In this document: piece by piece, positions 12,368 through 23,324 of the stretch
Numbering within the stretch: the stretch's first letter is position 1
Layout: each line of letters begins with the position of its first letter
Source of the DNA: Rebecca billardiae RCC1528
Lineage: Eukaryota > Protista > Haptophyta
Direction of reading: 5' to 3'
DNA: 64,000 nucleotides
Assembly: GCA_965240325.2 (NCBI GenBank)
Contig: OZ251234.1
Span: 1,674,001-1,738,000 of the forward strand
Translations under genes and position numbers: made by a program
The notes under the pieces: generated by a model
The model's input: the letters and a program-made list of their open reading frames with translations, nothing else
Database searches by the model: none
What the model was told of the DNA's origin: nothing

Positions 12368-14119
12368 ATGGCGTCAGACCAGGAGATGCGCGCGGTCTTC
12401 GATCCGGGCGACCTTCTGATGAGCGCCGGCTCAGCCAAGCGTGACGGGTTCGTGGCCGTTCGACTGGCGCTTCTAGGCTTCATGTACTACTCGTCCGTCT
12501 ACTTCATCCGCATGGCCATCTTTGCTGGATCGTGGCGCGACGAGTGCTTGCCGGGCGGCGCGGACTTCAAGGCAGCGATCGGGGTGGCGTCATTCCTCGG
12601 CTACTTGTCCGGAAAGCCTTTTGCGCTGCTCATCACCTCGAAGCTGCCGTATAACCGGCTTCGAACAGCTCACGTCGCCGTGATCGTGATCTCTGGCTCG
12701 TGCTCGGCCGCGGTCGGCTTGCTGCCGCCGGTGGGCGGCGTACTCCTGTACGCGCTGTCAACCAGCGCGCTGGCGCCCGCGTGGGGGCTGCTCATGCGCT
12801 GCCTCGAAGGGCGTGCGCGCACGGAGGCGATCGCTGCGTTCGTCTCGCTCTCGTGGATCGGCGTCTCTGGCGTGGTGAAGGCGATCGGCAGGTCGATGCT
12901 CGACGCCGGCCTCTCGGAGCGGCAGATGGTGATGGCGTGCGCTGCGATCGGCGTGCTGGGCGGGTGCACGAGCGCCGTGCTGCTGTCCTTGCAGGCGGCG
13001 CCGTCCGCCATCGACCGGCATCACTGCGGGCACCGACTGCACGCCGCCTCCGCCCGCTCCGAGCTGCGCCGCGTCTTCAGCAACCACGGCATCGGCATCG
13101 TGCCGTGCATCATGGCCTACGTCATTTCGGGCGTGCTGCGAATCATCCGCGACTACTGGCAGCCAGAGCTGCTCGGCGCGCTGGGCGTGTGCGACCCGTT
13201 CGCGATGGCCGAGTCGGAGATGGGGCTCAGCGTGCTCGTGCTTGGCTTGCTGGCCATGCTCTCCGCCGTGCGGGACAGCCTGACCGCCCTCCGGCTGATG
13301 TGCGCGCTGGGGCTCGCGGGCTTTGCGCTGGTGGGAGGGCTCACGCTGCTGTGGCGCGCTGGCCTGCTGGATGGCTTCCAGTGGCTCACAGGGATGGGGT
13401 TTGGGGTGTTCCTCGCGTACACGCCCCCGGCCACGGTACTGTACGACAGGCTGTTCGCCGCCGCACGGGAGGACCTCACCAGCACGCCGTTGGTCGTCCT
13501 GGGAGACGCTGCCGGGAGCCTCTTCAGCGCGGTCGTGCTGTCCTGGCTCATGATGGTGCGGCGCGAGGCGGGCGGCGATGGTGGGGCGTGCGCGGCAGCG
13601 GGCGCGCGGGAGGCCGCGGCACCTGGCAGCCCGCCGCCCCCGCCCGCCCCGCCCGCGCCGGCGGCGCTGGAGGCTGGGACGGCGCCATGCCCAGGCGCGG
13701 ACGAGACCATGCTCCGCATCTTCGTGCAGGTCGTGCTGCTCGGCTCCGCGTGCTCCTTCGTGCTGTCGTGCGCCGCCGCCGTCTCGTTTGACGTCACGGT
13801 GCGCAGGAGTCGCCGGCGGGCTGCCGCCCGGCGGCAGCGTTCGGGTGCGTCAAATGCCACCGAGCTCGCTGCGGTGCCGAGCCACGACCAGCCCGAATCT
13901 GGGGACGATGGGCTCGCCCCTGAGGCGCTGCTGCCTGTGGCTGCGCTCGAGGAGCTGAGGACAGCGAGCAGTCACCACCTGACCTATCGGCATCGCAACA
14001 CAGCGCCGCTGCCATCAAATGGCAGCGCCGCTGCAGCGGCCAATGATGCCCTGTCGTCCGTGCCAGAGCCTGCGCCGGCGGCGGCGCCGGGGGCAAGTCC
14101 GCGGCAACAAACCGCTTGA
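12368..14119 (+). CDS. DUF5690-like multi-pass (MFS-like) membrane transporter, intronless
   Basis: 583 aa with ~11-12 hydrophobic segments. Motifs DFKAAIGVASFLGYLSGK, WGLLMRCLEGRARTE, SGVVKAIG, LRIIRDYWQPE and LYDRLFA resemble the bacterial DUF5690 consensus as recalled. Confidence 0.7.
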   Translation: MASDQEMRAVFDPGDLLMSAGSAKRDGFVAVRLALLGFMYYSSVYFIRMAIFAGSWRDECLPGGADFKAAIGVASFLGYLSGKPFALLITSKLPYNRLRTAHVAVIVISGSCSAAVGLLPPVGGVLLYALSTSALAPAWGLLMRCLEGRARTEAIAAFVSLSWIGVSGVVKAIGRSMLDAGLSERQMVMACAAIGVLGGCTSAVLLSLQAAPSAIDRHHCGHRLHAASARSELRRVFSNHGIGIVPCIMAYVISGVLRIIRDYWQPELLGALGVCDPFAMAESEMGLSVLVLGLLAMLSAVRDSLTALRLMCALGLAGFALVGGLTLLWRAGLLDGFQWLTGMGFGVFLAYTPPATVLYDRLFAAAREDLTSTPLVVLGDAAGSLFSAVVLSWLMMVRREAGGDGGACAAAGAREAAAPGSPPPPPAPPAPAALEAGTAPCPGADETMLRIFVQVVLLGSACSFVLSCAAAVSFDVTVRRSRRRAAARRQRSGASNATELAAVPSHDQPESGDDGLAPEALLPVAALEELRTASSHHLTYRHRNTAPLPSNGSAAAAANDALSSVPEPAPAAAPGASPRQQTA

Positions 14120-14503
14120 CACACTCACAGCTGAGCCAGTCGTGATGCAGCAGCACTTGCACATCGGACTGCTGTGACAGTGTCAGTCACAGCGCAGTCG
14201 TCGTAGTGACTATGCGATCGATATATATATATATATATTAAGCAGGTCTCGTCAGGTCCGCCGTCGCCGAGTAGCTCACGGAGTAGCGCTATACTTTAAG
14301 TATATATAGCGCGTAGTCGTGCGCATTGAATCGTCGTCAGCATTATTGTTATTGATGCAGACGACTGCTATAGTAGTAGACAAATAAATAAAACATCACT
14401 CAGCAGGCGCGCGGCAGCACGCACTGTGTCTGTGACTGACGGTCCCATTATTACGACTGTGACCGCGAGTACGAGATGACAATAATGATGTGCGCACAGG
14501 CCA

Positions 14504-15829
14504 TCACTTGAAGTAGCCAATGGCCGACGCGTTCCAGCGCATGGTGGGCCCGGACGGGCCCACCAGGTTGTTCTCCGGGACGCGCTGCAGCTGCCTGTAG
14601 TAGACGGCGTTTGCTCGCACCGCTCTCTCGAGCGCGTCTGCGGGCGGTGTGGCCCACGCGGCCGCGAGCTCTTGGCTCGCGCCCCACGCGTGTGGTTGGT
14701 CGGGCGGGCGGCGGACGCAGCGGCCGGCATGCAGGAACCGCTTCAGCTCGTCGGCGACGCCGTCACGCTCGCGCGTGACCGTGATCGCCTCGGCCATCCC
14801 GAGCAGCGGGAACGTGTAGCGATACGCCTGGTTCACCTCACGGCCGCGTCGGTGGAAGATGACCATGTGGCCTCCCGCCTTGGCCGCAAGCCATGCGCCG
14901 CCGCCCTGCACGGCGACGGTGCAGCCGGCGAGGCCAATCAGCGCGAGCTGCAGCGCGTTGTACCCCGCCGACGCCATATCTTCGCCGAGGCTCTCTGAGA
15001 GGTCCTCCATGATAAACACCTTTCCCGCCCACGTACTGCCCCGGCGCGCGATCCGGCGCCGAATCATATCCTTGTCGCCGAAGCTGTGCGGGCGCTGCGA
15101 GTCCTCCACCACGCCCTTGAGCTTTGAGCCGCTCACGCGGCTATACACGAGGGTGCCACCCGCTGCGACGACCAATTCCGCCAGGCGCTCGAGCTCCGGT
15201 ACCGAGATGAAGTTCACCGGCGGAACTGTCCATTCTTCGGTGAACTTGTTGAAGACGAGGACGAGCGGCCGCCGCCGATCGAAGGGCCAGCTCAGCTTGC
15301 TGCCAAGCGTGAGGTAGTTGTGCTCCCACGTGGGCGGACTGATCCACGTCGGAGGAACCGTCGCCCATCGGCCCTTCGCGCGCCCGCTATCCTGGAACGC
15401 CGGCGAGAACACCGTGCCGTTCAGCTCGGCAAAGTCTGGGTCGCTTCTGTCGAGGTCGTGCCAAACCTGCTCCGCAGGTGGCACTGTGTGTTTTCGCTTG
15501 CACGTGTCCGCGTTGCGGTAGAGGCCCGTGAACCAGAAGAGCGGCCCCGTCATACCGCAGCCGTGCACGGAGCGCAGCCGGCCGGTCAGCTCGTGGTAGA
15601 ACGCAATCCCGTCGATGCCGCCGGCCTCGATCCCAAACTCCTGCCTGCAGTAGATCCCAATTGTGGGCGGTGGAATGAGGCTTGGGACGGGGCGCGGGTC
15701 GAGGAGCTGCAGATCAACGCCTGGCACGTACGTCTGCAGCCGCAGCATGCGCTGCCAGAGGAGCAGCGTCGCCAAGCGTTGCATCGCAGAGCTACTGCTG
15801 TTTCCGCGCAGGTCGTCGGTCGCCGCCAT
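14504..15829 (-). CDS. Hypothetical glycosyltransferase-like protein, intronless
   Basis: Long non-repetitive ORF from the first ATG (15829). Motifs QEFGIE, VFNKFTEEWTVPPVNFI, YNALQLALIG..C.VAVQGGGAWLA resemble the C-terminal half of GT-B folds. Confidence 0.55.
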   Translation of the reverse strand: MAATDDLRGNSSSSAMQRLATLLLWQRMLRLQTYVPGVDLQLLDPRPVPSLIPPPTIGIYCRQEFGIEAGGIDGIAFYHELTGRLRSVHGCGMTGPLFWFTGLYRNADTCKRKHTVPPAEQVWHDLDRSDPDFAELNGTVFSPAFQDSGRAKGRWATVPPTWISPPTWEHNYLTLGSKLSWPFDRRRPLVLVFNKFTEEWTVPPVNFISVPELERLAELVVAAGGTLVYSRVSGSKLKGVVEDSQRPHSFGDKDMIRRRIARRGSTWAGKVFIMEDLSESLGEDMASAGYNALQLALIGLAGCTVAVQGGGAWLAAKAGGHMVIFHRRGREVNQAYRYTFPLLGMAEAITVTRERDGVADELKRFLHAGRCVRRPPDQPHAWGASQELAAAWATPPADALERAVRANAVYYRQLQRVPENNLVGPSGPTMRWNASAIGYFK

Positions 15830-16551
15830 GCTCGTCGATGACGAGATGCGTCGCCCAATCAACCCACGTTGACGTACCGCACGCTCGGATACAGTACGAG
15901 TCGAAATAGTACTACTAGTACGTGCACCGCCCGCGCGCCGCCGGGTGCGCCCGCGCGAACGAGCCCACCAGTGGCCGGCTTGGCCGGGGCGGGCTGCTTG
16001 GTGCCCGATGCGTCTGCAGGAGTGAGCAGGACCTCATTACCACTCACCAGTCTCCAAGTCGGGGAGTGGGCAACAGCCGGGCTTTCCGGACGAAGTACGT
16101 TTCAAGTCTCGCGCCCGGACGTGTGCAGGCACCAGCTACCGCCCTTGCACCAGCTGTGACCAGGTCTCTCCGCGCACCACCCTTTCCGCGGCTGCGCGCA
16201 AGGGACTCCCTTGGCTGCGGTCGCGGGACCATAAAGGATGGCCGCTTCTGAACCTGTGATGGAGGCCTGCCCGCACGCGCCCGTGCGCGGCGAGGGGTGG
16301 AGTGCGAGGATGACGGGCGCCGGGTTCGCCTCGAGAGGGTCGATAAGCCCCCCGCCCAAGCGAGGGCCGCCCCCTCAGTCGGCCTCTCCGCGTCGCGCGC
16401 GTCGTCGGCGCGCGGGTGCTTTCGAGCCCTTGTGAAGGCACGCCGAGGTAAGAGTGGTCGCCACAGCGGCGGCGGCCACTGGCGAGCACCCGCCAAGCTC
16501 TCGCATTTTTCTCAGTTCTTCAAGAACTGATTTGTTCTGCTCAAGTCTACA

Positions 16552-17221
16552 AACTTCGGCGAGTCCAACTACTACTAACTTCGGCAAGTCCAACTACTAC
16601 TAACTTCGGCGAGTCCAACTACTACTAACTTCGGCGAGTCCAACTACTACTAACCTCGGCGAGTCCAACTACTACTAACCTCGGCGAGTCCAACTACTAC
16701 TAACTTCGGCGAGTCCAACTACTACTAACTTCGGCGAGTCCAACTAGCACTAACTTCGGCGAGTCCAACTACTACTAACTTCGGCGAGTCAACTAAGATA
16801 CTACTAACTTCAGCGAGTCCAACTACTACTAACTTCGGCGAGTCCAACTACTACTAACTTCGGCAAGTCCAACTACTACTAACTTCGGCGAGTCCAACTA
16901 CTACTACTAATTTCGGCGAGTCCAACTAAATACTAACTTCGGCGAGTCCAACTACTACTAACTTCGGCGAGTCCAACTACTACTAACTTCGGCGAGTCCA
17001 ACTACTACTAACTTCGGGGAGTCCAACTACTACTACTAACTTCGGCGAGTCCAACTACTACTAACTTCGGCGAGTCCAACTACTACTAACTTCGGCGAGT
17101 CCAACTACTACTAACTCAGGCGAGTCCAACTACTACTAACTTCGGCGAGTCCAACTACTACCAACTTCGGCGAGTCCAACTACTACCAACTCAGGCGAGT
17201 CCAACTACTACTAACTTCGGC
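16552..17221. repeat. 25-bp minisatellite, ~26 copies of AACTTCGGCGAGTCCAACTACTACT
   Basis: Directly visible tandem array with few substitutions, occasional extra ACT units and no spacers. Confidence 0.97.
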
Positions 17222-17634
17222 CACAACATCATCCACCAGCTGCTGACCAAGAACAGGCTACACCATCGTCCACCATGACCTGCCTCTGACCAAGTAGGCG
17301 ACGACATCATCCGCACCAGCTGCTGACCAAGTAGGGGACGGCCTGGCCGACGCCAACATGCTCACTCGCCTTTGATTTCGTACCCATGCACTTCCTGGTG
17401 GGCCTGACGACGTCCGGACGACGACAACAACGACATCCGCCATGGGGACCAACATCAACGCGCTCACACCACTGCCACTGCTGCAAGCTTCGACCAGTAC
17501 CACTACAGACGAATCAGGAGAGCTGCGCCCTCGTGCCTGTGTCTTTAAATCATAGAATTGGTACACTACCACTCTTACCGCTCGGCGTGCCTTCACCTTC
17601 GGTACCAGACGTGGCGCGAAGCGGTCATCCTTTC

Positions 17635-19035
17635 ATGGCGGGATGGCGCCCGGCCGTGCTCTTGCTCGCAGCGGTGGCATGCCCCTGGCCACGGAGTGCG
17701 GTGGGAGTGGTGTATCGGGCGAAGGCGTCGCCCATCGCTGACACTGCCTTCGCATGCCGTTCCAAGCACGTGCGCTCCCCCATCGTGGCGAGCACGGCCA
17801 CGAGCCCGGTGGAAGTGTACTCGACACTTGGCTGCCCGTACTGCGTGCGCGCGAAGAAGACGCTGTCCCAGCTCGGCGTGCCCTACGTCGAGCACGACGT
17901 GACGGGCGACGAGGTGATGCGCGCTGACGTGGCCAAGCGCGCGATGCGCACATCCGTGCCCCAGATCTTCATCGCGGGCACACACCTCGGTGGGTGCGAC
18001 GACCTGCTGGCGGCGGTCGAGAGCGGGAGGCTGGCGGCCATGCTGGAGCCGTTCGGCATCGTGCCGCAGCAGGTCCCTGAGGAGAGCGCGCCGGCAGCAC
18101 CGCTCGTCGACCAGCCTGTCCCGCCCGAGCTCCGGCCGCGCGATGGCATCCTCAACCATCTCGCCCCGCCACCCGGCCCCGACGGTGGCGTCGTGCAGGC
18201 GCGCGGCGCGAGCGAGATCGCCTCCTCGTTGCAGCGGCAGATCCTCGCCCTGTACGACGAGTTCGTCACGCCGGACGGCGCGCGCGTCGACTACGCGAGG
18301 ATGCGCCTCTCCAGCCGCTTCCAAGACTACGTGCGCGCGGCGAGCGAGCTGCGCGCGCTCGCGCACTCTGCGCTCCCGGCATCGCACGGCGCGAGGCTCG
18401 CGTTCTGGCTCAACCTGTACAACGCGCTGGTGATCCACGGCATGGCGGTCGTCGGCACGCCCGCCGGGCGAGAGGAGCGCGGCGCGTTCTACGGCGGATC
18501 GAGTGGCGTGGCGTACGACGTGGGAGGCGCCCGGCTCACCCTCGATGACATCGAGCACGGCATCGTGCGAGGCTCGCCCGCCGGCGACGCGCGCAGCTTT
18601 GCTCCGGAGGACGCGCGCGCGCTGCTTGTGCTGCCGCGCGCGCGCTTCGACGCGCGCATCCACTTTGCGCTCAACTGCGGCGCCAAGTCGTGCCCACCGA
18701 TCAAGATCTACGAGGCCGAGCAGCTCGACTTTGCTCTTGGCCTTGCGGCGCAGGCCTTCTGCGAGAGCACCACACGCGCGGACCCCGTTGAGCGCGTGGT
18801 GGTACTGAGCAAGCTCTTTGATTGGTACGCTGTCGACTTCGGGGGCGGCGAGGGCGGCGACGAGCGGGAGGTGCTCGCGCGTGTCGTCGAGTTTCTCGGC
18901 GCCTCAACGAGCGACGTGAGCATCGCGCTGCGCCAGTTGCTCGCCGATGACGGCGGTCGCGCTGACACGAGCTCAGCATCGCCTATGCGCATCGAGTATG
19001 ACGAGTATGACTGGGGCGCAAACGAGACAGAATGA
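17635..19035 (+). CDS. Glutaredoxin (CPYC) + DUF547 fusion, probably plastid-targeted
   Basis: Hydrophobic signal peptide plus S/R-rich transit-like segment. Grx motifs GCPYC, SVPQIFI, GGCDD. DUF547 motifs VDY, LAFWLNLYNAL, LTLDDIEHGIVR, RIHFALNCGAKSCPPI, SKLFDWYAVDF, YDEYDW. Confidence 0.88.
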   Translation: MAGWRPAVLLLAAVACPWPRSAVGVVYRAKASPIADTAFACRSKHVRSPIVASTATSPVEVYSTLGCPYCVRAKKTLSQLGVPYVEHDVTGDEVMRADVAKRAMRTSVPQIFIAGTHLGGCDDLLAAVESGRLAAMLEPFGIVPQQVPEESAPAAPLVDQPVPPELRPRDGILNHLAPPPGPDGGVVQARGASEIASSLQRQILALYDEFVTPDGARVDYARMRLSSRFQDYVRAASELRALAHSALPASHGARLAFWLNLYNALVIHGMAVVGTPAGREERGAFYGGSSGVAYDVGGARLTLDDIEHGIVRGSPAGDARSFAPEDARALLVLPRARFDARIHFALNCGAKSCPPIKIYEAEQLDFALGLAAQAFCESTTRADPVERVVVLSKLFDWYAVDFGGGEGGDEREVLARVVEFLGASTSDVSIALRQLLADDGGRADTSSASPMRIEYDEYDWGANETE

Positions 19036-19130
19036 CCAGACCCTGCACTGAGGCGCGCGGTCAGCTCTGCGTCAAGAATAACGCCTGTTGTCGTCCGTGG
19101 GTCGTCAGGACGATTGTCATGCGGCGGATA

Positions 19131-19240
19131 CTATATACTTATTATAATATATATATATAGCTATATATAACTCTGATATATATATATATAGTATATATAC
19201 TTACATATACATATATGTATATATATGTATACGTATACAT
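19131..19240. repeat. Degenerate (TA)n microsatellite
   Basis: AT-rich tatatata tract immediately left of a MITE. Confidence 0.8.
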
Positions 19241-19258
19241 ACTTTCATGACGAGTGTA

Positions 19259-19832
19259 CTTAATGATTCTCACAACTGGTCGGAATGTGTTTTGAGAACC
19301 GAGATCTGGCCCGTATTCGCTCCTATTGAAATTGACCGGCCCCGAATTCTTGGTTTCGGGGACGCAAATTCGTATGTGCCGCTGACTCGGCTGAGCCTGA
19401 GTGCCGATCCACGTACAAAAATCGGGGCTCCGGCGTTTTCGTATGTCAGGCGCGGAATTCGTATGTGCCCGGCCTCTGTGAGCCCGTCTTGTCAGCCAAT
19501 GGGAGCGTCCGCCTTGTCGTGGGGTTCGTCGGCAGCGAGTGGTGGCACAGAAGGTTGCAACAGACGGTCGCGGTTCAAAGCTCCACGATGGCGGCGGACG
19601 CCTCCGCTCAGAAGACCGCAACATCTCTGAACATATACGAATCTCGTCGGAACAAAAACAAGACATAGGGAAATGGGCGCGAGCCACGGGGCTACATACG
19701 AAAATGAAGGGTCGCAGACGGCCACGAAACACCAGGAAACGAAGATTTGCTTTCCTCTAATCGCAAATAGAGCCCAATTTCCGGACACGCAGATCTCAGC
19801 GTGCAAATTCCGACCAGTTGTGAGAATCATTG
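19259..19832. mobile_element. Non-autonomous Tc1/mariner-type MITE (~570 bp)
   Basis: Perfect 25-bp inverted repeat AATGATTCTCACAACTGGTCGGAAT (19262-19286 / 19807-19831). TA at 19257-58 and 19833-34; the left end has a 2-nt insertion. Internal repeated TTCGTATGT motifs occur in both orientations. Confidence 0.85.
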
Positions 19833-20910
19833 TAGTGCCGCAGTAATACTCTCTCATCTACTCTAGGCTTCAAGCAGGCGGCCTGCTAATTTCGGGGAGC
19901 TGAGCCGAGCAGTGATTGTGAACTTGTGAAGGGCGACCGGTCAACGAGCCTCTGACAGCGGGGCCGCCGCGCGGCCTAGTGCCGCAGCCCGGGCCCTGCC
20001 TCTGAGTTGCGGCCGCCGGGCGACGCTGAGCCCGCGGCCCGCGAGTAGTTAGTAAGCGCGCTGGTGGGTGGGGCGCGGCCCGGAGAACGTCACGCCTCCG
20101 ACGGTCGGGACGCATCTCGGCAGGGGCAGGGTCCGCGGACACGACACCGCGTCTCCTCGCACGCTCGGCTAAACTCCATCTGGATTCCGGTGCCCACGCG
20201 GTGGTTACGCTGCCGACCAGCTATAAACTTCCACTGTGAGAGACGCAGCTCACAGTCAATAGTCATCGCACGGTTCTGGTTCGGCTAGTGACGGTCTTCC
20301 TTCTGTCGATGCAACCTCACCTGTCAGTAGTGGATCAGGAGTAGTGACCTGTGCGGTGCCGCCAGTGCAAGAAGGTCAACACAGCATGCACTTGCTGTCT
20401 TGCAGGCTAGTTGGTCGAACTCCCGCGCACCCGCTCTGTGCACGACGGGCGCTGGCGCTCCGCGAGGCGGCCGCAGCCCTCGATCATCCAGGCCTCGCAG
20501 GCGGACGGCTGAATGAATCTTCATTCTTCCGACGGCGCTAGCTGTTAGTACCATCGGCGACGGCTTCATGGCGCGCGGTGCCAGTTGGCGGGCGCGAATG
20601 GTAATAGTCAACTGTATCATATTGGGCCAACATGCAAGAAAAATGGCGCCCGTCTCTATTGTTCATGGCCCGCGGTGCAGGGCGGAGCGCGCAGCGTGGA
20701 GCCCGCACCAGCGGGCCCGAACCACGTTTCAAAAAGATCTTTGATCAAAGAAAAAAGGGACGGGGGACGATTTTCAGGGCTGGAGGAGACCGAGTTTCGA
20801 ATTTTGAGACTCCCTTACAGGTGCATCCTCGTCGAAAAAGGGCGCGTCCGCCGTCTTGAATAGTGAACAGAGGAATCAACGAAACCCACGCCCAAGTGTG
20901 CGAGGGTGAG

Positions 20911-21432
20911 TAATTACGGGTGGACTCAGTCGTTCATGTGTGACCATAGTAAATAAATATGGGCCTCGCCGCCGCAAGAACGACTCTCTGCCTCCATAGC
21001 AGCACGAGTGAAATACAGGCGCCTCACTGCCAGGACCAGTGGCCCAGACCCCGGCCCAGCTACTGGGCTCGCTGACAGCCCCCTCCGTCCCCTCCCCCGC
21101 GCAGGGATCGGCTAGTGGCTGGCCCTCTGCCCACACTGGGGCGCCCTAGGGGGTGCCCAGTCTGCCGACTCGGCTCAAACTCGATGATCTCGAATTGCAA
21201 GGCAGTGCACTGCTGGTACCTGGGACCACCCCACAGTGTTGGGCTTGTATGCTGTCGGCAATGGCATACCCCCGCCCCCTCTGGAGGCGGGCTGTCCACA
21301 GCGGAGTGGTGTCAAGGCACTCGGTGTATCGGTCAGTGGTTTGAGGTTGGGTGAGGGTGGTGGTTGGTTGGGGGCTGGCCAGGGTAGGGCTGGAGGCTTC
21401 GGCCGCCAGTCTGATCACCCGGAGCCCGTTAT
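20911..21432. mobile_element. Putative degenerate TIR element
   Basis: Right end CTGATCACCCGGAGCCCGT (21411-21429) is identical to 63393-63411. A degenerate inverted copy, TAATTACGGGTGGACTCAGT, lies at 20911-20930. Confidence 0.4.
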
Positions 21433-22237
21433 AAAGGGGAATTTAAAAATCACCAACTCCAATACTGCGAGACATTGAAAAATACCCGCAGCTATTCGTC
21501 GCCAGCCCATTTCATAGTCACTGATCGACGCACCAGCTGGCGAGCCTCAAAACTTGATGCCGTCGTCGCAAGGCAGCAGGTTTGATTGAGCCCGTTGGCG
21601 GAGGTGGCGAGGGCGCCGCGCGACTCTCGCCTCCAAGCAAGGGCGGGCGATGGGCAGGTGCGCGCGGCCAGTGGCGCCTGGAGCGCGCGTCTGCGGCGGG
21701 TCCCGACGGCCGTCGACATCGTGTTCGTGCCCCGCTCACTAGTCACTCCGCGCGCCCCTGCCGCCCTGTCGATCGATGCCTGCGCGGCCGGGGCCGCGCG
21801 TCCGAGCCGGCGCCAGCAGCCGCCGCCCTTTGTTCGGGCTCTCGCAAGCTCGGGGGCAGCGGCGCCTGACTGATGCCGGACTGATCGATCTCTGAGTCTC
21901 CGACTTCACCACACGCCCCCCTTGTCATGCCTCTCCGCCAGGGTCTCCCAGAACTCTTCTTCAGAGCAGGCGCGCCAACCCGAATCCATCGATCTGTTCC
22001 GTGCCGGCACTCTCGGCCCGCGCCGGCAAGTCTGTCTGCAGCGCTGGACGGGCGGACCTAGGAGGACGAGCTGCGGCGCGGACGACGGTGGTGCGCGACG
22101 TCCCCAGAGCTGGCCGTGCCTCTGCGACGCGTGCCGAGCCTGACCGAGGTGTGTCACCCCGTGACCCCGTGCAGTGCAACCGCGGCGTGCGGAGTGAATA
22201 ACAATCACCGGTGCCCTCGCACCTCGGCACACACAGT

Positions 22238-22550
22238 GCTCCCTCTGGCTGTCTGCTCCGCGTGGCCTGGCGTGCACGTAGATAGAGTTGCGCTCATGCG
22301 TCGATCACGCCTCGCGCCCGCCTGTCGGCCGTCGCGCAGGCGCTGGTCGAACCCTACTCGGACCAGTGCAAATCATCTACTCCTGGCGCTGCCCGGCGGC
22401 GCGCGGTGACGACAGACAGCGCGGTCAGCAGCAGCGGCCCGAACGAATCCGCGGCCCCGCACCGTGTTCCCTGGCTGTCAGCTCCACGTGGCCTGGCGTG
22501 CACGTGGAGTCGCGCTCATGCGTCGATCACGCCTCGTCGCATCCGCCTGT
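22238..22550. repeat. Imperfect ~85-bp direct repeat (22238-22325 / 22466-22550)
   Basis: Shared core CTGGCTGTC.GCTCC.CGTGGCCTGGCGTGCACGT...GCGCTCATGCGTCGATCACGCCTCG...CCGCCTGT. Confidence 0.85.
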
Positions 22551-22730
22551 ACACAAATCACAATCCGGGCGCCGGCGCCGGCGGCTGCGATGGGCCCGCG
22601 CCCGGCGCCGGCACCGGGGCGCAGCGGCGCGCCGCTGGAGTCTAGTAGTTGTACGGGCATGCAACTGGTCTGTCAATAGACGACTGCGACGGAGGGTGCA
22701 CCGCCACCGCGGGCCCCGAACTAGTAACTA

Positions 22731-23324
22731 CAGGTGGATACGGGCTAACTGGACACAGGGGCTATCTGGACACTCAGCGGGCGGCGGGCCTCGTGGCGAG
22801 GGCTCGTGGGCGAACGAGCACGAGCGCCCACTGGCGGGTCGCCACGACGGCGCACGATGTTCGCTGAACTCACCTGGTCGTGAGACGTCGTCTGCGCACG
22901 CGCCAGGTCGCGCTTCTCGCCGCCTTCGCCTTGTTTCGTGAGTCCCGCGCACAAGGGCGAACGCCAGCGTTTCAAGCCGCAAGGCGTGTGCGCGGACTCA
23001 GGAAGGGCGGACTCCGAGGCAAGGCGCGGTTGCGCTGGCGTGGGTAGGTCCAAGAGCAACCGTCCGAGCCGCTGCACACGCTTTTCCTCCGCGCGCGCGT
23101 CTCTGAGCTCGATTCCCATGCCTCAGCCAGTGCCAGGGGCTAATTGGACAGTGCCATTGCGGCCGCCACGCGCGGAGACGGGCCCGCAGCGCAGAAAGCG
23201 CGCTGCGGCGGAACTCCAGGGACCCCCTGAAGTCCGTCCCTGGCGCCCCTTCGACCCCAATGCTCCAAGGGAGGCCTCCGCGTGAGTTGGGTCGGCCACT
23301 GTCCAGATCACCCGTATCCACCTG
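22731..23324. mobile_element. Non-autonomous Tc1/mariner(pogo)-type MITE (594 bp)
   Basis: TA|CAGGTGGATACGGG..CTGGACA on the left and TGTCCAG..CCCGTATCCACCTG|TA on the right. Internal copies of GGGCTA..TGGACA at ~22759 and ~23137. Confidence 0.85.

Noticed and set aside
16040-16510. Structured ncRNA (telomerase/SRP/RNase P) ending in a T5 run
   Set aside because: GC-rich hairpins exist, but no recognisable template or conserved motifs; an Infernal/Rfam search would be needed.
16552-17221. CRISPR array
   Set aside because: Units are directly adjacent with no unique spacers, there are no cas genes, and the context is eukaryotic.
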